Shown in pieces: positions 41,240 through 55,199 of a stretch of 64,000 nt of DNA. The stretch covers positions 21,948,001-22,012,000 of the forward strand of contig OZ024747.1 in the NCBI GenBank assembly GCA_964016885.1, given 5' to 3'. Position 1 is the first letter of the stretch; each line of letters opens with the position of its first letter. The notes under the pieces are model-generated. The model had not been told where the DNA came from, ran no database searches, and saw only the letters and a program-made list of their open reading frames with translations. A program made the translations under genes and the position numbers. This stretch comes from Eledone cirrhosa (lineage: Eukaryota).

Positions 41240-41605
41240 TGTAGCAGGAGTTGCCTCCCTTGTTGTGACACTCACATCCCCAATAGATTAACGCTCTCTA
41301 GACAGGAAGTAGAACCCTTTCTGTAACTTCCGGTCAGAACCCTATAAAACTAACAACTTTAAGTTCCCTTTCTCTCATTGGCCTTTCCGGCTCCTGGCCT
41401 TCGCCAGGCGTCTTCTGCCAGGCGCGTTCGCCTGGCAACCAAAACGGTAACTAATGACTTTGCTTCATTCTTTCATCTATTCATTGACATGTCAACTATA
41501 CTGTTCTATATATCCACAAATTGTTGATTAAATATTATACACACAAACCACGTCTCCTTGTTATATTCATACACACCAGTATTTTGTTATAAGTGGTGAC
41601 CCCGA
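41240..41605 (+). mobile_element. Probable Gypsy-type 5' LTR followed by tRNA-Trp primer-binding site
   Basis: Begins TGTAG; TATAAAA at ~41343; ATTAAA at ~41528; followed by TGGTGACCCCGA, complementary to the tRNA-Trp 3' end. Confidence 0.5.
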
Positions 41606-41834
41606 AAAAAAGAAAAACTAATCTCCCAAAAAGGTATTTGATCATATGTCTTTTCGATCAGAGCTGACTTATTGATAAATAGCAGTTACTAGCATATCCC
41701 ACAAGAGCTGAGGCTTTCTTATCTGCGTATCAACAATATTAAACAAGATGAATAGCCTATAATAAGTCAACCAACATAACTGATTTAATTCATTGTTTAC
41801 TCAGAGTTAGATTATTATAAACAAAGTATTATCG

Positions 41835-43855
41835 GTGGATCGGGAGAGTTGTTAGAGCATTAGACAAATGCTTAGCAGTAGTATTTATTCTGTCTCTTTA
41901 CTTTCTTGTTGAGGTCAACATTGCCTTTCATCCTTGATAAAATAAAATACTAGTCAAGTACTGGAGTTGATTTAATCGACTTTGCTCTTGCTCTAAAATC
42001 TACCTTCTGCCTCAATTAGAAATAAACATTTTACACATGTATAATCATAACCAATTAAAGAAAAGTACTTAAGAAAGTTTGCCTTTCATCCTTTCGAGGT
42101 GGATAAAAAAAGTACTAGTCTAGTACTGGGGTCGATTCTTCCTCTCCCTGGAAGAAATCTGCTGAACTCAGGCCTAGAGAGGGATGGGCTCCGCCAGGTT
42201 AAAAATGCCCAAGAAACGCCATATGTCAATACGGCGTCCCTACGTCTCTATCAGGAGTTACGGGACCACACAATACATACATTTAAGAAAGTAATTATAT
42301 ACTTAAGCTAGATTCAGCATTTATGGTTATGGGAGATATAAGGGAGTTTATTTGGGAGGAGCGATATAAACTCATATATTAAGTTGACAAACATTTGTCA
42401 AAGAATATCTCAATTGACATATCCACTGATGCAAAAACTAGGCATAAAATAAACTTAGAAATTGAGACGTATATTTGTATACTCTAGTGTCACTGAACAG
42501 ACCCATCTTTCACATTTTCACACAATGATAAGCTCTATTGTTACTCAAATATGAATCATAGCTATTCACAACGAATATGTCAGCATTTGTTCTAGTTCTC
42601 TACTGAAGCGAATTTATGGCTATTCAAAAAACACGTGCTCATTTGATTTGCATTAAGTCTAAAACTGTGACGACCGTGGCCATACTTCAGTATAGCTGTG
42701 ACATATTGATAGTCGCAGGGTCGTTAGATCGTCGAACTAAATACTAAGAGACATTTAGTTAGACTTTATTTACGTTCTGAGTGCAAACCAGACGAGGAAA
42801 ACTTTACCCTCCATCCTTCTGAGGTAGATAAAATAAAGTATTAGCCATGTACTGTATTGGAGGAGGGCGGTGGTTTAGCAGTATCAGTAGAGCGTCGGAC
42901 ACCATGCTTCGTGCCATAGAGTTACGTTCTGAATTCAAATCGCGCCGAGGTTAACTTCGCCTTTCATCCTTACGGGGGTTGATAAATAAAGCACCAGTAA
43001 TGCACTGGGGTCGATTTAATCGATTTCCCCCTCTCCCTTCAAACTATGCCTAAAGTAGAAACAATTATTTGTTGATGTTAAAGTCGATGGATTTCAGACT
43101 TGGCAGAACGTTTGACAAAATGCCTTGCGGTATTTAATAAGGGTTCTTTAGATTCTGAGTTATAATTCGGCCGGGGCCAACTTTGCTTTTTATATAATAC
43201 GTAGCAGGTAAATGTTGCAATTAATCTTGTCGACTACATGTACCGTTATGGGCGATGACATGTCGACTACATGTACTGTTATGGGCGATGACATGTCGAC
43301 TACATGTACCGTTATGGGCGATGAAGGGAAGAATTAGTGCAACGGGGGACAAAATGTCTCGTATTTGATAACTCTTTCTAGCATTGGCACAAAGCCAGAA
43401 ATTTGGGGGAATGGTCAAGTCGAACATATCAACCCTAGTACTTGGTTGGCATTATCGGTAGAGAGTCGGACGCCATGCTTTGCAGCATAGAGTTATGGCC
43501 CTTTACGGTCTGAGTTCAGATCCCGCCGAGGTTAACTTTGCCTTTCATCCTTACGGGGTCGATAACATAAAGTACCAATAACGTACTGGGTTGATTTAAT
43601 CGACTTTCCTCTCCCCCAAATAACTGGCCTTATGCTTATACTAGAAATCATTATTTTGCTATAGTGGTGGATTGGCAGTATCGGTAGAAGGGCGGACGCT
43701 ATGTTTGCAGCATAGAGTTATGGCCATTTATGATCTGAGTTCAAATCCCGCCGAGGTTAACTTTGCCTTTCATCCTTACGGGGTCGATAACATAAAGTAC
43801 CAGTGATACACTGGGGTAATATCTGGCCTTGTGCCAAAAGTAGAAACAATTATTT
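41835..43855 (+). mobile_element. Dense cluster of SINE family 1 copies and fragments (~41835, 42076, 42715, 42865, 43085, 43445, 43663)
   Basis: Repeated family consensus, mostly plus strand. Confidence 0.75.
43228..43324. repeat. 33-bp repeat x3
   Basis: tgtcgactacatgtac(c/t)gttatgggcgatgaca. Confidence 0.9.
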
Positions 43856-44798
43856 TGCTATAACCAGCATTACTCGAGTGGGGTTGTCCCTACACACGCT
43901 ACACACTTACTCGATCCTATTTCAACTAAAATATATAAATATATAACAGTTTTGTAGCTTGCTTGAAGCATTGTTTAGTCACTTAAATCTGCTCCCATAC
44001 AAACAAGTCTATCCGATCGATTTTTAAATCTCTCAAAGAGTTACTCCCTTGATATTGGGTTTTTAAACCCAAAAATATTTGGGATCGTTAACTTTGCTAA
44101 GGTAATATTCTTTTATCTTGGCAATTTAACATTCTTCATACGCATCGTGTCAGTCTTCAAAATTAAAATTTGTGTTTCCATATAAATATACGTTTTTTCC
44201 CCTCTTCTCCCACAATTGCTGAGAATATAGTTCTGTTCACTTCTTTTATGACAAATCTAATGGGAGAATTTTTTTTTTTACCTCAGAGGAAACAAGCTCC
44301 TCAGATGACTATATTTTATAATCGTTATTTCCGTTCACAACAGAGAACGAAGCGTCATGAATGTATTTCAATTGGTATCTCAATGCTGATGATCGCAGTT
44401 TTAGGCCAATTACTTCCCACGAGAGGCCACCTCGCTGGGGGAAGATGACCCTATTGTAATACATAAATAATAAAGAATTGGAAAGTATTAATAACGATTT
44501 CTTTATTAATCACAATGGGTTAATACTTTGCTTGCTACTCAACATGAATAAACTTCTGTGATTATTATAAATAAATTGACACAGATAATGCACTTGCTTA
44601 ACATCTCTTTGGTCAATGAGTAACACATATATGCCCCCCCCCCACATCAGCCCCGCATACACATAAGCATAGGTATATATAAATACATATATACATGTAC
44701 ATATATATACATATATATGTGGGTGTGCGTGTGAATACATATATATATATATTATATATATTCCTCGTTTTTTCTATTATATACATACATACATACAT

Positions 44799-45072
<274 letters not shown>

Positions 45073-45079
45073 ATACATA

Positions 45080-45115
<36 letters not shown>

Positions 45116-45207
45116 TGTATGTATGTAGCTGTCGGATCTAGCTATCGAAACAAAGCAAGACCACAAATTTCACAAGGAAGACATTATTAAAAGATTGTCA
45201 ACATATG

Positions 45208-45278
<71 letters not shown>

Positions 45279-45575
45279 TTTAATTTTAATTATATCTCAT
45301 ATAAAATAATACAACTGGCTTTCCGCAAAATACATATAGTTAGCACCCCAAACATAAAATTGGGATTATACTAAGGTATATCCTAATGTTTGTAGAGTGA
45401 GATGGAAGCCAGTCAGAGTATAGCTTAAGGCTTTCTCTGTTAATATATATATATATATATGATGAATATGCATGCCAATTCTAACACATATATATCCTAG
45501 AAACGATCGTTAAATAATGAACTTTTTTTGTTTAATATAAGGAACTGTTTCATTGTTTTATTCATTATTTGTTTA

Positions 45576-45605
<30 letters not shown>

Positions 45606-45612
<7 letters not shown>

Positions 45613-45898
45613 ACTAGAAATTGATTAACATATAAATAAACATGAATAATCACAGGAGATAATTTTTACAAGTGTGTAACCACACATAGCTACGTGTGGT
45701 TACACACTTGTAAACATTATCTCCTGTGATTATTCATGTTTATTTATATGTTAATCAATTTCTAGTTATTATAAAATGCTCGGACCTACTCGTTAGAATC
45801 TTAGAGCTTATTTTGCGGGTGATATGGCGCATGTCTTTCTGGCATGACACCCATAATTTTGATTTAGATTAAATTCATTTGATTTATCTTAAATTTGT
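45606..45898 (+). mobile_element. Penelope-like inverted+tail insertion, family F
   Basis: Palindrome 45606-45773, ~125-nt tail, (TA)n flanks. Confidence 0.6.
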
Positions 45899-46186
45899 AT
45901 ATATATATATATATGTATATACATATATATATGTGTATATATATATATATACACATATATATATATGTATATACATATATATATATATATATTTGATAAT
46001 ATAATATTTCATAATATAATATATATATATATATATATATACATATGTGTGTGTGTGGAGAGAAAGAAAGAAAGTGAGTGAAGTTAATAAGATAAAGAAG
46101 AAGAGAAGGAAATGGAATGAAAACCAGAAAGAATGAAAAATAGGTATGAAGAGGAAAGTTTGTGTGTGTGTATGCATGCATATGTG

Positions 46187-46235
<49 letters not shown>

Positions 46236-46360
46236 CTTTCTATCTAACTATCTATGTCGCTATCTATCCATTTATCAATCTAAAAATATATACGTGGGTA
46301 TGTGTGTGTGTGCATGTATATAAGTGTGTATTGGTGTGTGTATGTCTCTGTGTATGTATT

Positions 46361-46406
<46 letters not shown>

Positions 46407-46484
46407 CATTTATCAATCTAAAAATATATACGCGTGTATGTGTGTATGTATGTGTGTATGTGTTTGTGTGTGTGTTCGTGTGTA

Positions 46485-46995
46485 TCAGCCTGTAGGTTGA
46501 GGAAAAGGAGGAGGAGAGGAAAGGAGTACAAACTCTTCGTACTCCTGGAGATGAGGGTTGCACATTTTTTCGGGGGTATGTGTTACCCATATGAACTGTC
46601 TCCCCCTATTGGGGAAAATCGACTAATTTTTTAAATTGCATTTGTGATAACATTTTATACGTTTTTAATGTATGTAAACTTCCCCCTTTGTATTGGTCCC
46701 CTTCTTTTGTACCCCTGTGGCTAATAAAGAAACATATCTATCTATATATATATATTGTATGTAAACTTCCCCTTTTGTATTTGTCCCCTTCTTTTGTGCC
46801 CCTGTGGCTAATAAAGAAACATATCTATCTATATATATATATTGTATGTAAACTTCCCCTTTTGTATTTGTCCCCTTCTTTTGTGCCCCTGTGGCTAATA
46901 AAGAAACATATCTATCTATATATATATATTGTATGTAAACTTCCCCTTTTGTATTTGTCCCCTTCTTTTGTGCCCCTGTGACTAATAAAGAAACA
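46485..46995 (+). mobile_element. L1/Tx1-like 3' UTR with terminal ~85 bp repeated four times
   Basis: tgtatgtaaacttcccc...aataaagaaacatatctatc x4; related to 47520-47850. Confidence 0.6.
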
Positions 46996-47096
46996 TATCT
47001 ATCTATCTATCTATCTATTTATCTATCCATTTATCAATCTAAACATATATACGCGTGTATGTGTGTATGTATATGTGTATGTTTGTGTGTGTATTC

Positions 47097-47154
<58 letters not shown>

Positions 47155-47519
47155 GTGTGTGTGTGTGTGTGTGTGAGAGAGTGAGAGAGAGAGTGTGTTT
47201 GTGTTTGTGTGTGTGTGTTTATATGTGTGTGGGAAAAGAACGAGATAAATGTAAACGAAGCGAGTGAAATATAGAAAAGAAATAGGAATGAAACTAGAGA
47301 GATAGCAATGATCAAAGACTGTTGACATTCTTCAGTGGAACTGCTTTTTGTTAAGGAATTAGATATGGAAGAATGCAGCGAAGGTAGAAATGTTTTGATT
47401 TCCCCTCATCCAAGACTCTCATCTACCACCACATGGTATTACATCTAAGGAAAAATAATATTGTAATATTTCTAATGTTATAAGACTTATTGTTATCTAT
47501 TCTATGAATGTATAGATAG

Positions 47520-47850
47520 ATTTCTTTATTTACCATAAAGGCATAAAAAGAAGGGACAAATACAAAGGGGGAGTTTACATATAATCGAGTAAAAAGGGTG
47601 TAACATGAAAATAATCGAAAATAACCTCAAAAGGGAGGGGACGTGATGGGGGTTGCACACACCCCCGAAAAAGTGTGCAATCCTTTGCCCGGGGAGCACA
47701 TGGAGAAGGTGCTCCCCTCTCCTTTACTTCTTTACCTACAGGATGGTATACAGAGAAGGCCCATTTACACGAGCCATTCTCGCCACTATCACCCACCTTT
47801 CATAAAACTGCCTGTGGCCAAGCACCTCTCTCTCCATTCTTATCCTTCTT
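47520..47850 (-). mobile_element. L1/Tx1-like LINE 3' end
   Basis: Minus frame RRIRMEREVLGHRQFYERWVIVARMARVNG...* then 3' UTR ending aataaagaaa. Confidence 0.55.
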
Positions 47851-47982
47851 TATGAATGTATAGATATATATATATATATATGTGTATGTGTGTGTGTGCG
47901 TGTGTGTGTGTGTGTGTGTGTAGATATGTATGTAAGTACATTTTAGTTGTAAGCATTATATATGCGTTGCGTTGGTGATATG

Positions 47983-48016
<34 letters not shown>

Positions 48017-48175
48017 TGTATGTATGTATGTATGTATGTATGTATGCATGTATGCATGAATGTATGTATTTATGTATGTATGTATGATGTAGGTATGTAC
48101 AAGTATGTATGTTTGCATGTATGAATGCATGTTTACATGCATTTTTGTATGTAAGTATATATGTTTATATACATT

Positions 48176-48234
<59 letters not shown>

Positions 48235-48248
48235 GCGTGTGCATATGC

Positions 48249-48304
<56 letters not shown>

Positions 48305-48476
48305 ATGTACGTAGTGTATATGCTTGTTTAGACGTGTGTATATAAATAATCATAATACATAAGTATGTGTGCACATCAGCCATTTGTCTTGGAAATCATG
48401 AATTGTTTCAGTGTATATGATGATGCAACTGAGGACCCTACCCCAATTAACTCCAGGTGTGAGGCGATAAAAAAAC

Positions 48477-49428
48477 ACAAATTGGGGCTGCAACCAAGAT
48501 CTTAGACTACAAGACGTATAACAAGAATCTTAGACTACAAATTGGGGCTGCAACCAAGATCTTAGACTACAAGACGTATAACAAGAATCTTAGACTACAA
48601 ATTGGGGCTGCAACCAAGATCTTAGACTACAAGACGTATAACAAGAATCTTAGACTACAAATTGGGGCTGCAACCAAGATCTTAGACTACAAGACGTATA
48701 ACAAGAATCTTAGACTACAAATTGGGGCTGCAACCAAGATCTTAGACTACAAGACGTATAACAAGAATCTTAGACTACAAATTGGGGCTGCAACCAAGAT
48801 CTTAGACTACAAGACGTATAACAAGAATCTTAGACTACAAATTGGGGCTGCAACCAAGATCTTAGACTACAAGACGTATAACAAGAATCTTAGACTACAA
48901 ATTGGGGCTGCAACCAAGATCTTAGACTACAAGACGTATAACAAGAATCTTAGACTACAAATTGGGGCTGCAACCAAGATCTTAGACTACAAGACGTATA
49001 ACAAGAATCTTAGACTACAAATTGGGGCTGCAACCAAGATCTTAGACTACAAGACGTATAACAAGAATCTTAGACTACAAATTGGGGCTGCAACCAAGAT
49101 CTTAGACTACAAGACGTATAACAAGAATCTTAGACTACAAATTGGCGCTGCAACCAAGATCTTAGACTACAAGACGTATAACAAGAATCTTAGACTACAA
49201 ATTGGGGCTGCAACCAAGATCTTAGACTACAAGACGTATAACAAGAATCTTAGACTACAAATTGGGGCTGCAACCAAGATCTTAGACTACAAGACGTATA
49301 ACAAGAATCTTAGACTACAAATTGGGGCTGCAACCAAGATCTTAGACTACAAGACGTATAACAAGAATCTTAGACTACAAATTGGGGCTGCAACCAAGAT
49401 CTTAGACTACAAGACGTATAACAAGAAT
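48477..49428. repeat. 60-bp minisatellite x ~16, near-perfect
   Basis: attggggctgcaaccaagatcttagactacaagacgtataacaagaatcttagactacaa; one variant at 49146. Confidence 0.98.
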
Positions 49429-49514
49429 AAATGGGGAACATCTGGAAAATGGTAAAAAAAGTAATAGAAAATAGATGAAAAGGAATCAAATTAAAAAGAT
49501 GTTGGACACCAAGA

Positions 49515-49985
49515 CGCCAGGCCCCTAATCCAAGGATAGATCCACCTGGCCCCTAATCCAAGGATAGGTCCACCTGGCCCCTAATCCAAGGATAGGTCCA
49601 CCAGTCCTCTAATCCTGCGATAGGTCCATCAGGCCCCTAATCCAAGGATAGGTCCATCAGGCCCCTAATCCAAGGATAGGTCCACCAGTCCTCTAATCCT
49701 GCGATAGGTCCATCAGGCCCCTAATCCAAGGATAGGTCGATCAGGCCCCTAATCCAAGGATAGGTCCATCAGGCCCCTAATCCAAGGATAGGTCCACCAG
49801 TCCTCTAATCCTGCGATAGGTCCATCAGGCCCCTAATCCAAGGATGGGTCCATCAGGCCCCTAATCCAAGGATAGGTCCACCTGGCCCCTAATCCAAGGA
49901 TGGGTCCATCAGGCCCCTAATCCAAGGATAGGTCCACCTGGCCCCTAATCCAAGGATGGGTCCATCGAGCCTCCAATTCAAGGAT
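49515..49985. repeat. 27/28-bp minisatellite
   Basis: caggcccctaatccaaggataggtccat and variant cagtcctctaatcctgcgataggtccat. Confidence 0.95.
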
Positions 49986-50019
49986 ATAGAGGTCAAAAGA
50001 AGTGTTAGATAGGATAAAT

Positions 50020-50300
50020 GATCCTTCATTGGAAGTATGACACCTGAAGCTGAGCTGCAGCGAGGAGAGAGATGAGTGTTGTTTATAAGATCCTTCATTG
50101 GAAGTATGACACCTGAAGCTGAGCTGCAGCGAGGAGAGAGATGAGTGTTGTTTATAAGATCCTTCATTGGAAGTATGACACCTGAAGCTGAGCTGCAGCG
50201 AGGAGAGAGATGAGTATTGTTTATAAGATCCTTCATTGGAAGTATGACACCTGAAGCTGAGCTGCAGCGAGGAGAGAGATGAGTATTGTTTATAAGATCC
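50020..50300. repeat. 69-bp repeat x4
   Basis: gatccttcattggaagtatgacacctgaagctgagctgcagcgaggagagagatgagt(g/a)ttgtttataa. Confidence 0.95.
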
Positions 50301-50402
50301 CCGACTAGCTTTATGCCTGCAATACTGGACAGGCAGTTCCAGTCAGAGATAAATATGACATTGCGAGTAGTAAGATGGTCTCAATATTTCTAGCAGATAT
50401 AG

Positions 50403-50625
50403 GGAGGTGGATTGGCAGTATCGGTAGAGCATCGGACAACATGCTTTATGGCATAGGGTTACGGCGCTTTACGATCTGAGTTCAAATCCTGTAGGGGTTA
50501 ACTTTTCCTTTCATCCTTACGGGGTCGATAAAATAAAGTACCAGTAATGCACTGGGGTCTATCTAATCGACTTTCCCCCACCCCCAAAATTGTTGGCCTT
50601 GTGCCTAAATCAGAAACCAATATTT
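50403..50625 (+). mobile_element. SINE family 1, full length
   Basis: tRNA-like head tggcagtatcggtagagc...gagttcaaatc plus family body. Confidence 0.85.
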
Positions 50626-51107
50626 CTAGTAAGTATAATATAACGTACCAGTCAAGTACTGGGGCTGATTTCGTCAACTTTGCCCTTCTCCCAAATTTTC
50701 TGGCTTTGTCCGTGTCCATAAATTAGAAATTAATATTTCCAAGAAGTACCAGATCATCCTCATGACAGACGAAACAGCCAGTCTTTAACCAGCAAATGAT
50801 GCTCTTTATACCGACACTAGTCTAAGACCAACGAAGCTATGAAAGCCACGAAGAGTTAAAAAAGCATGAGATATTGATTCAATGCACGCAGAGATGCTTA
50901 AAACTTAAAACAGACCCTGTCTTAGTAGCATCAGTGCTGCATATGGAAAGTTCCTCTTCACGATTCAGGCCTGGGCAAACCTTCTTTTCTTAGATGACTA
51001 GCAGATATTACCTATGCAACATGTCTCCTCTCTCTACGACATTGAGCTAACGACTTTGAGGTGTCTGCATACATACACACATACATGCATGAATACATAC
51101 ATACATA

Positions 51108-51672
51108 CATGGTGGCTGCCAACTCGTTTTCGAGTACGGCCACTACTTTATATCGATGCAGGAGAACCCCTACCGATGCGCTGAACGAGTGTGACTTTTT
51201 AGTCCAGCCAGCGACTTGAAAACTCTGGTACAAACACTACACTTGTGACAATTATTGACACATAGTGCTGGGCCCATGGTACCATGTGAAGACAAGTGCA
51301 GAGAGATATCCAGATATAAAGCAATGCCTGTGCCGTAAGCTTTTATAGTGAGCAAAGGCACTGCACAAAGCCAGTCCCACTCTCTTAACCAAGATGATAT
51401 TTATCAAAAAGAAGAACAAGTCAACATCATTGGATACCATCAGGGTTGCAGGTGTTATATCAGAGTTTTCATTCTCCTAGACATTCTGCCTTGACAAAGG
51501 CTAAGGGGTCATCTCTCCCGTTGATTTTGGATGACTCTTACGAGCTCCTTTGCTCTTTGACAGGTTTTGTTTTTAGTCCTTCAGGATGTCCAAAGTCACC
51601 CTCCTCACCAAGAAACCTTCGTGGGGTTGCCAGCTTAGTCGCCAACGACCCGACCATGGGTCAGGTTGTACT
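51108..51672 (-). mobile_element. Short RTE-derived element, (TATG)n flanks
   Basis: Homologous to 11036-11646; C2H2 remnant. Confidence 0.65.
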
Positions 51673-51718
51673 ATTTACATACATACATATATGCATACAT
51701 ACATACAAACATACATAC

Positions 51719-52333
51719 ATTGTTGCCAGCTGCGAAAGAATGTCATCTCGCTACTACCTCCCCATGAGACACGATGGGATAGCTAGAACTATCTGGAACG
51801 CACTTCGGAAAACAAAATTAACAACAAACGAGGAAGAATATATTGAGACAGATGGCACTAAGGAATACTGGTGGAACCTGAAAATAAAAACTGCCACCAA
51901 ATTAAAGCACAACCGGCCTGATATTGTAGTTTGGGACCACACATTGAAAACGTGTTCTGTTGTGGAGATCAGCTGCCCACTTGATGTAAACGTTGTCAGA
52001 AAAATACAGGAGAAGGAGGACATCTACGGACCATTGATGAGGAGCTTACAAATCCAGTATCCAAGATACACCTTTAGCTTCATACCCATCATTATTGGTG
52101 CTACGGGTTATATACCAACCCGCTTGGACCAAAGTATGACCGAACTTGGATTTGCGGACAAAAAGCGCAGCTCCCTAATTCATAGTCTGCAAATGGCTGC
52201 GATAGCTGGCACCTTCAAAATATGCAAAACATTCTTGCGATTCAAGGGATGACAATTTCTTTTCTTTTACAACCTTGCCACCAGGAAGGTGGCCGGTCAA
52301 AAAAATATACTCGAAATTAAGAGAAAGAGAAAA
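51719..52333 (+). mobile_element. R4/Dong-like non-LTR retrotransposon 3' fragment (restriction-like endonuclease domain)
   Basis: IVASC...YLPMRHD...WWN...HNRPDIVVWD...VVEISCP...KEDIY...IPIIIGATG: RHD and PD-(D/E) motifs of RLE; (CATA)n flanks. Confidence 0.85.
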
Positions 52334-52980
52334 CATATATGCATACATACATTCATAAATACATACATGCATACAAACATACATACATACATTTATACAT
52401 ACATAAATACATATATACATACATGCATACGTACAAACATACATACTTATATACATACATACATTTATATACATACATATTTACATACATACATACATAA
52501 TACATACATACATGCATACATATATACATATATACATACATACATATTTACATACGTACATGCATACACACATACACAGCCGCTTGTTTCATTATTTTGT
52601 AATCATAGTTTTATTTTGTGGATATGTATTGATTACGACTTATCGATATCTTTGTGGCTAGGTATTGATCAGTGATCGGAGATTCTATCAATCATACAAC
52701 AGAAGTCACACAGCGATTTCTATTGAAAGAAATCGTTCTAAATCGAAAATAAATATTCTGGAAACAATATAAAGCTGTACTCTCCAAATATTTTATTAGA
52801 AATAGAAAAAAGAACTTTACACAAATGCATATAAATCAAAGTAGTGAAAGCTAACAGATTCCCCGTGTTTATTGATCGGCAGTTTTATTTTCTCTTAGAA
52901 ATACAGCGAGGTTATAAAGGTAACTATATTGTTCCCAGGCGGAGAATTGGCGTTAAGACGTCGGATAGAATGCTTTACGG

Positions 52981-53498
52981 CAAGGGTCGGCAACGTCTTT
53001 GCCTCCACGGGCCGGATCGAGTATTTATGACGAATAGCGGGCCGGACGAAGGCCATAAAAGAATAATTATGGAAAATTACACAAGCTAAAATTTAACCAC
53101 AAGTGTTGACTATATTATTCATTTCTCAAATCCTGGATTATATTCACAAATACCTCTGAATCTTGTGGCTTCCTTCCTTGAAATGAGGGAAAAATGCACG
53201 TAATTTTTATTTCGAAGTTGATGTTCCCACAACTGTAGCTTTTTTTTCTAAGGCAACAATATGGTTATACATTTCATTCACGAGCTGAGTTTTACCTTGA
53301 AGTTGTAAATTTAAGTCATTTAAATGAGTCACAATATCCACAATAAATGCCGAAGTTGTAACAGCAGGCCTTTTATTGTATTCGAATGTCTCGTCTCATA
53401 TTACAATAAATTTAATTTAAATTTTAAATACTCAACTCATTGGGCATTAGTTCTCTCGGGGCGGATCCTGCTCGCAGGCCGTAGGTTGCCGACCCCTG
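52981..53498. mobile_element. hAT-type MITE (518 bp) inserted in a family 1 SINE
   Basis: TIRs caagggtcggcaac / gttgccgacccctg; exact 8-bp TSD ctttacgg (52973-52980, 53499-53506). Confidence 0.9.
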
Positions 53499-53829
53499 CT
53501 TTACGGTATTTGTCCCACCTCATTGCGTGCTCTGAGTTCAAATCCCGCCGTGGTCAACTTTTCCGTTCATCCTTTTAAGGTCGATAAAAAAGTACCAGTC
53601 CAGTACTGGGGTCGATTATTCCTCTATAGAAACAAATCGGCTGTGTTCAGACCTGGAGACGGTTGGGCTCCGCCAGGTTTAAAAGTACCCTAGGCACGCC
53701 GTATGACAGTGCCTCTATGACTCCACAAGGAGTTATGGGATCTTTATCCTTTATCTTCTTATATTGATCTCAAATATAGGCACAAGGCCAGTAATTTTGT
53801 GAGGAAGAGCAACATTGATTAAATTAGGC

Positions 53830-54000
53830 GGTGGAGATGAACTCGGGGCGGTCAAAGGCAAAATGGTGCACTGATCTGACCCGATACCTTGGCCCCACAT
53901 GGCCCAATATGGCCAGAGGTAGGAAAGAGTGGAGGTCAACCAGGGTGGGCGGCTCATCCAAGAGGAGTGAGAAGCCCTTGGATTTGGATTTGGACTTGAT
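53830..54000 (+). mobile_element. RTE LINE 3' fragment nested in a minus-strand SINE
   Basis: GRSKAKWCTDLTRYLGPTWPNMARGRKEWR then a (ttggat)n-like tail. Confidence 0.65.
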
Positions 54001-54559
54001 TGATATTACTATATTTTATCGACCTCGGTGGGATTTGAACTCAGAATGTAAAGAATCCGAACAAATATCGCAATGGTATTTTATCCGATGATCTACCAAT
54101 TCTGCAGAACCACCAGCCTTTCTGTTTTTATTATTATTGATTTCTAATTTAGGTACAAGGCCATTTTTTGGGATAAAGTTGATTAAACCAACTCCAGGGC
54201 TTGACTGGTACTTTATTTTATCAACCTTGGAGGGATAAAAGGGAAGGTCAGATTTGAACTAAGAATGCAAAGAACCACAACAAAAATTTCGTCAGGAATG
54301 CTGCTAGTCTTTTACTGACTAAGCGATTAAAATAATACACGCACATATACACATAAATATTTTTATGTGTAGCTATGTATTAGAAAATACGTATATGCGG
54401 ATATAACTAATATAAACAACTTAGAAGCGGTACTGTGAGGCCATGGCTGTGATAGACGGACAGAGAATACACAGATTATAATAGAGATTGTACGAATTGG
54501 AAGGGAATGTCGGTTGCAATTCTATGCCAGATGGTTGTTTACTTCAAATGTTTATTATT

Positions 54560-54780
54560 AGGGTAGTGGATTAGTAGAATCGGTAGAGCGTCGGACAACA
54601 TGCTTTGCAGCACAGAGTTACGGCTCTTTACGTTCTGAGTTCAAATCCTGCCGAGGTTAGCTTTGCCTTTCATCCTTACAGGGTCGATAAAATAAAGTAC
54701 CAGTCACGCACTGGAGTCGATTTAATCGACTTTCCCCTCCCCCAATTGCTGGCCTTGTGCCTATATAAGAAACCATTATT
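54560..54780 (+). mobile_element. SINE family 1, full length
   Basis: Family consensus match. Confidence 0.85.
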
Positions 54781-54845
54781 ATTGTTCTTGTTTGGTTCCT
54801 AGTTAATTCTGACCGATACCAACTCATTATATGTATCTAGAACTA

Positions 54846-55032
54846 TGGTATTATTGGCAGTATCGGTAGAGGGTCGGACGCCATGCTTTCCAGCATAGTT
54901 ACGTCCCTTTACGATCTGAGTTCAAATCCCGCCGAGGTTGACTTTGCCTTTCATCCTTACGGGGTCGATAAAATAAAGTACCAGTAATGCACTGGGTAAT
55001 TGCTGGCCTTGTGCCTAAAGTAGAAACAATTA
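54846..55032 (+). mobile_element. SINE family 1 with ~20-bp TSD
   Basis: attatatgtatctagaacta on both sides. Confidence 0.9.
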
Positions 55033-55199
55033 TATGTATCTAGAACTACATTATCTAATGTGTCCATTTCTTTCAAGGTGAAATTTGAGGGTGAATTGAG
55101 TGCTATTTCTAACAGGTCAAATGACCAGGTAGAGGCTTGTTTTCTCGAATATTACTTAACTGTTAATATTACTTGACTATTAACTGCGTAACTCGGAGT

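Noticed and set aside
50403-50490. tRNA genes
   Set aside because: A/B boxes continue into SINE bodies and no full cloverleaf was found; these are SINE heads.
51446-52252. 268-aa ORF as a single gene
   Set aside because: Chimeric read-through of an antisense RTE-derived element, a microsatellite and the RLE fragment.
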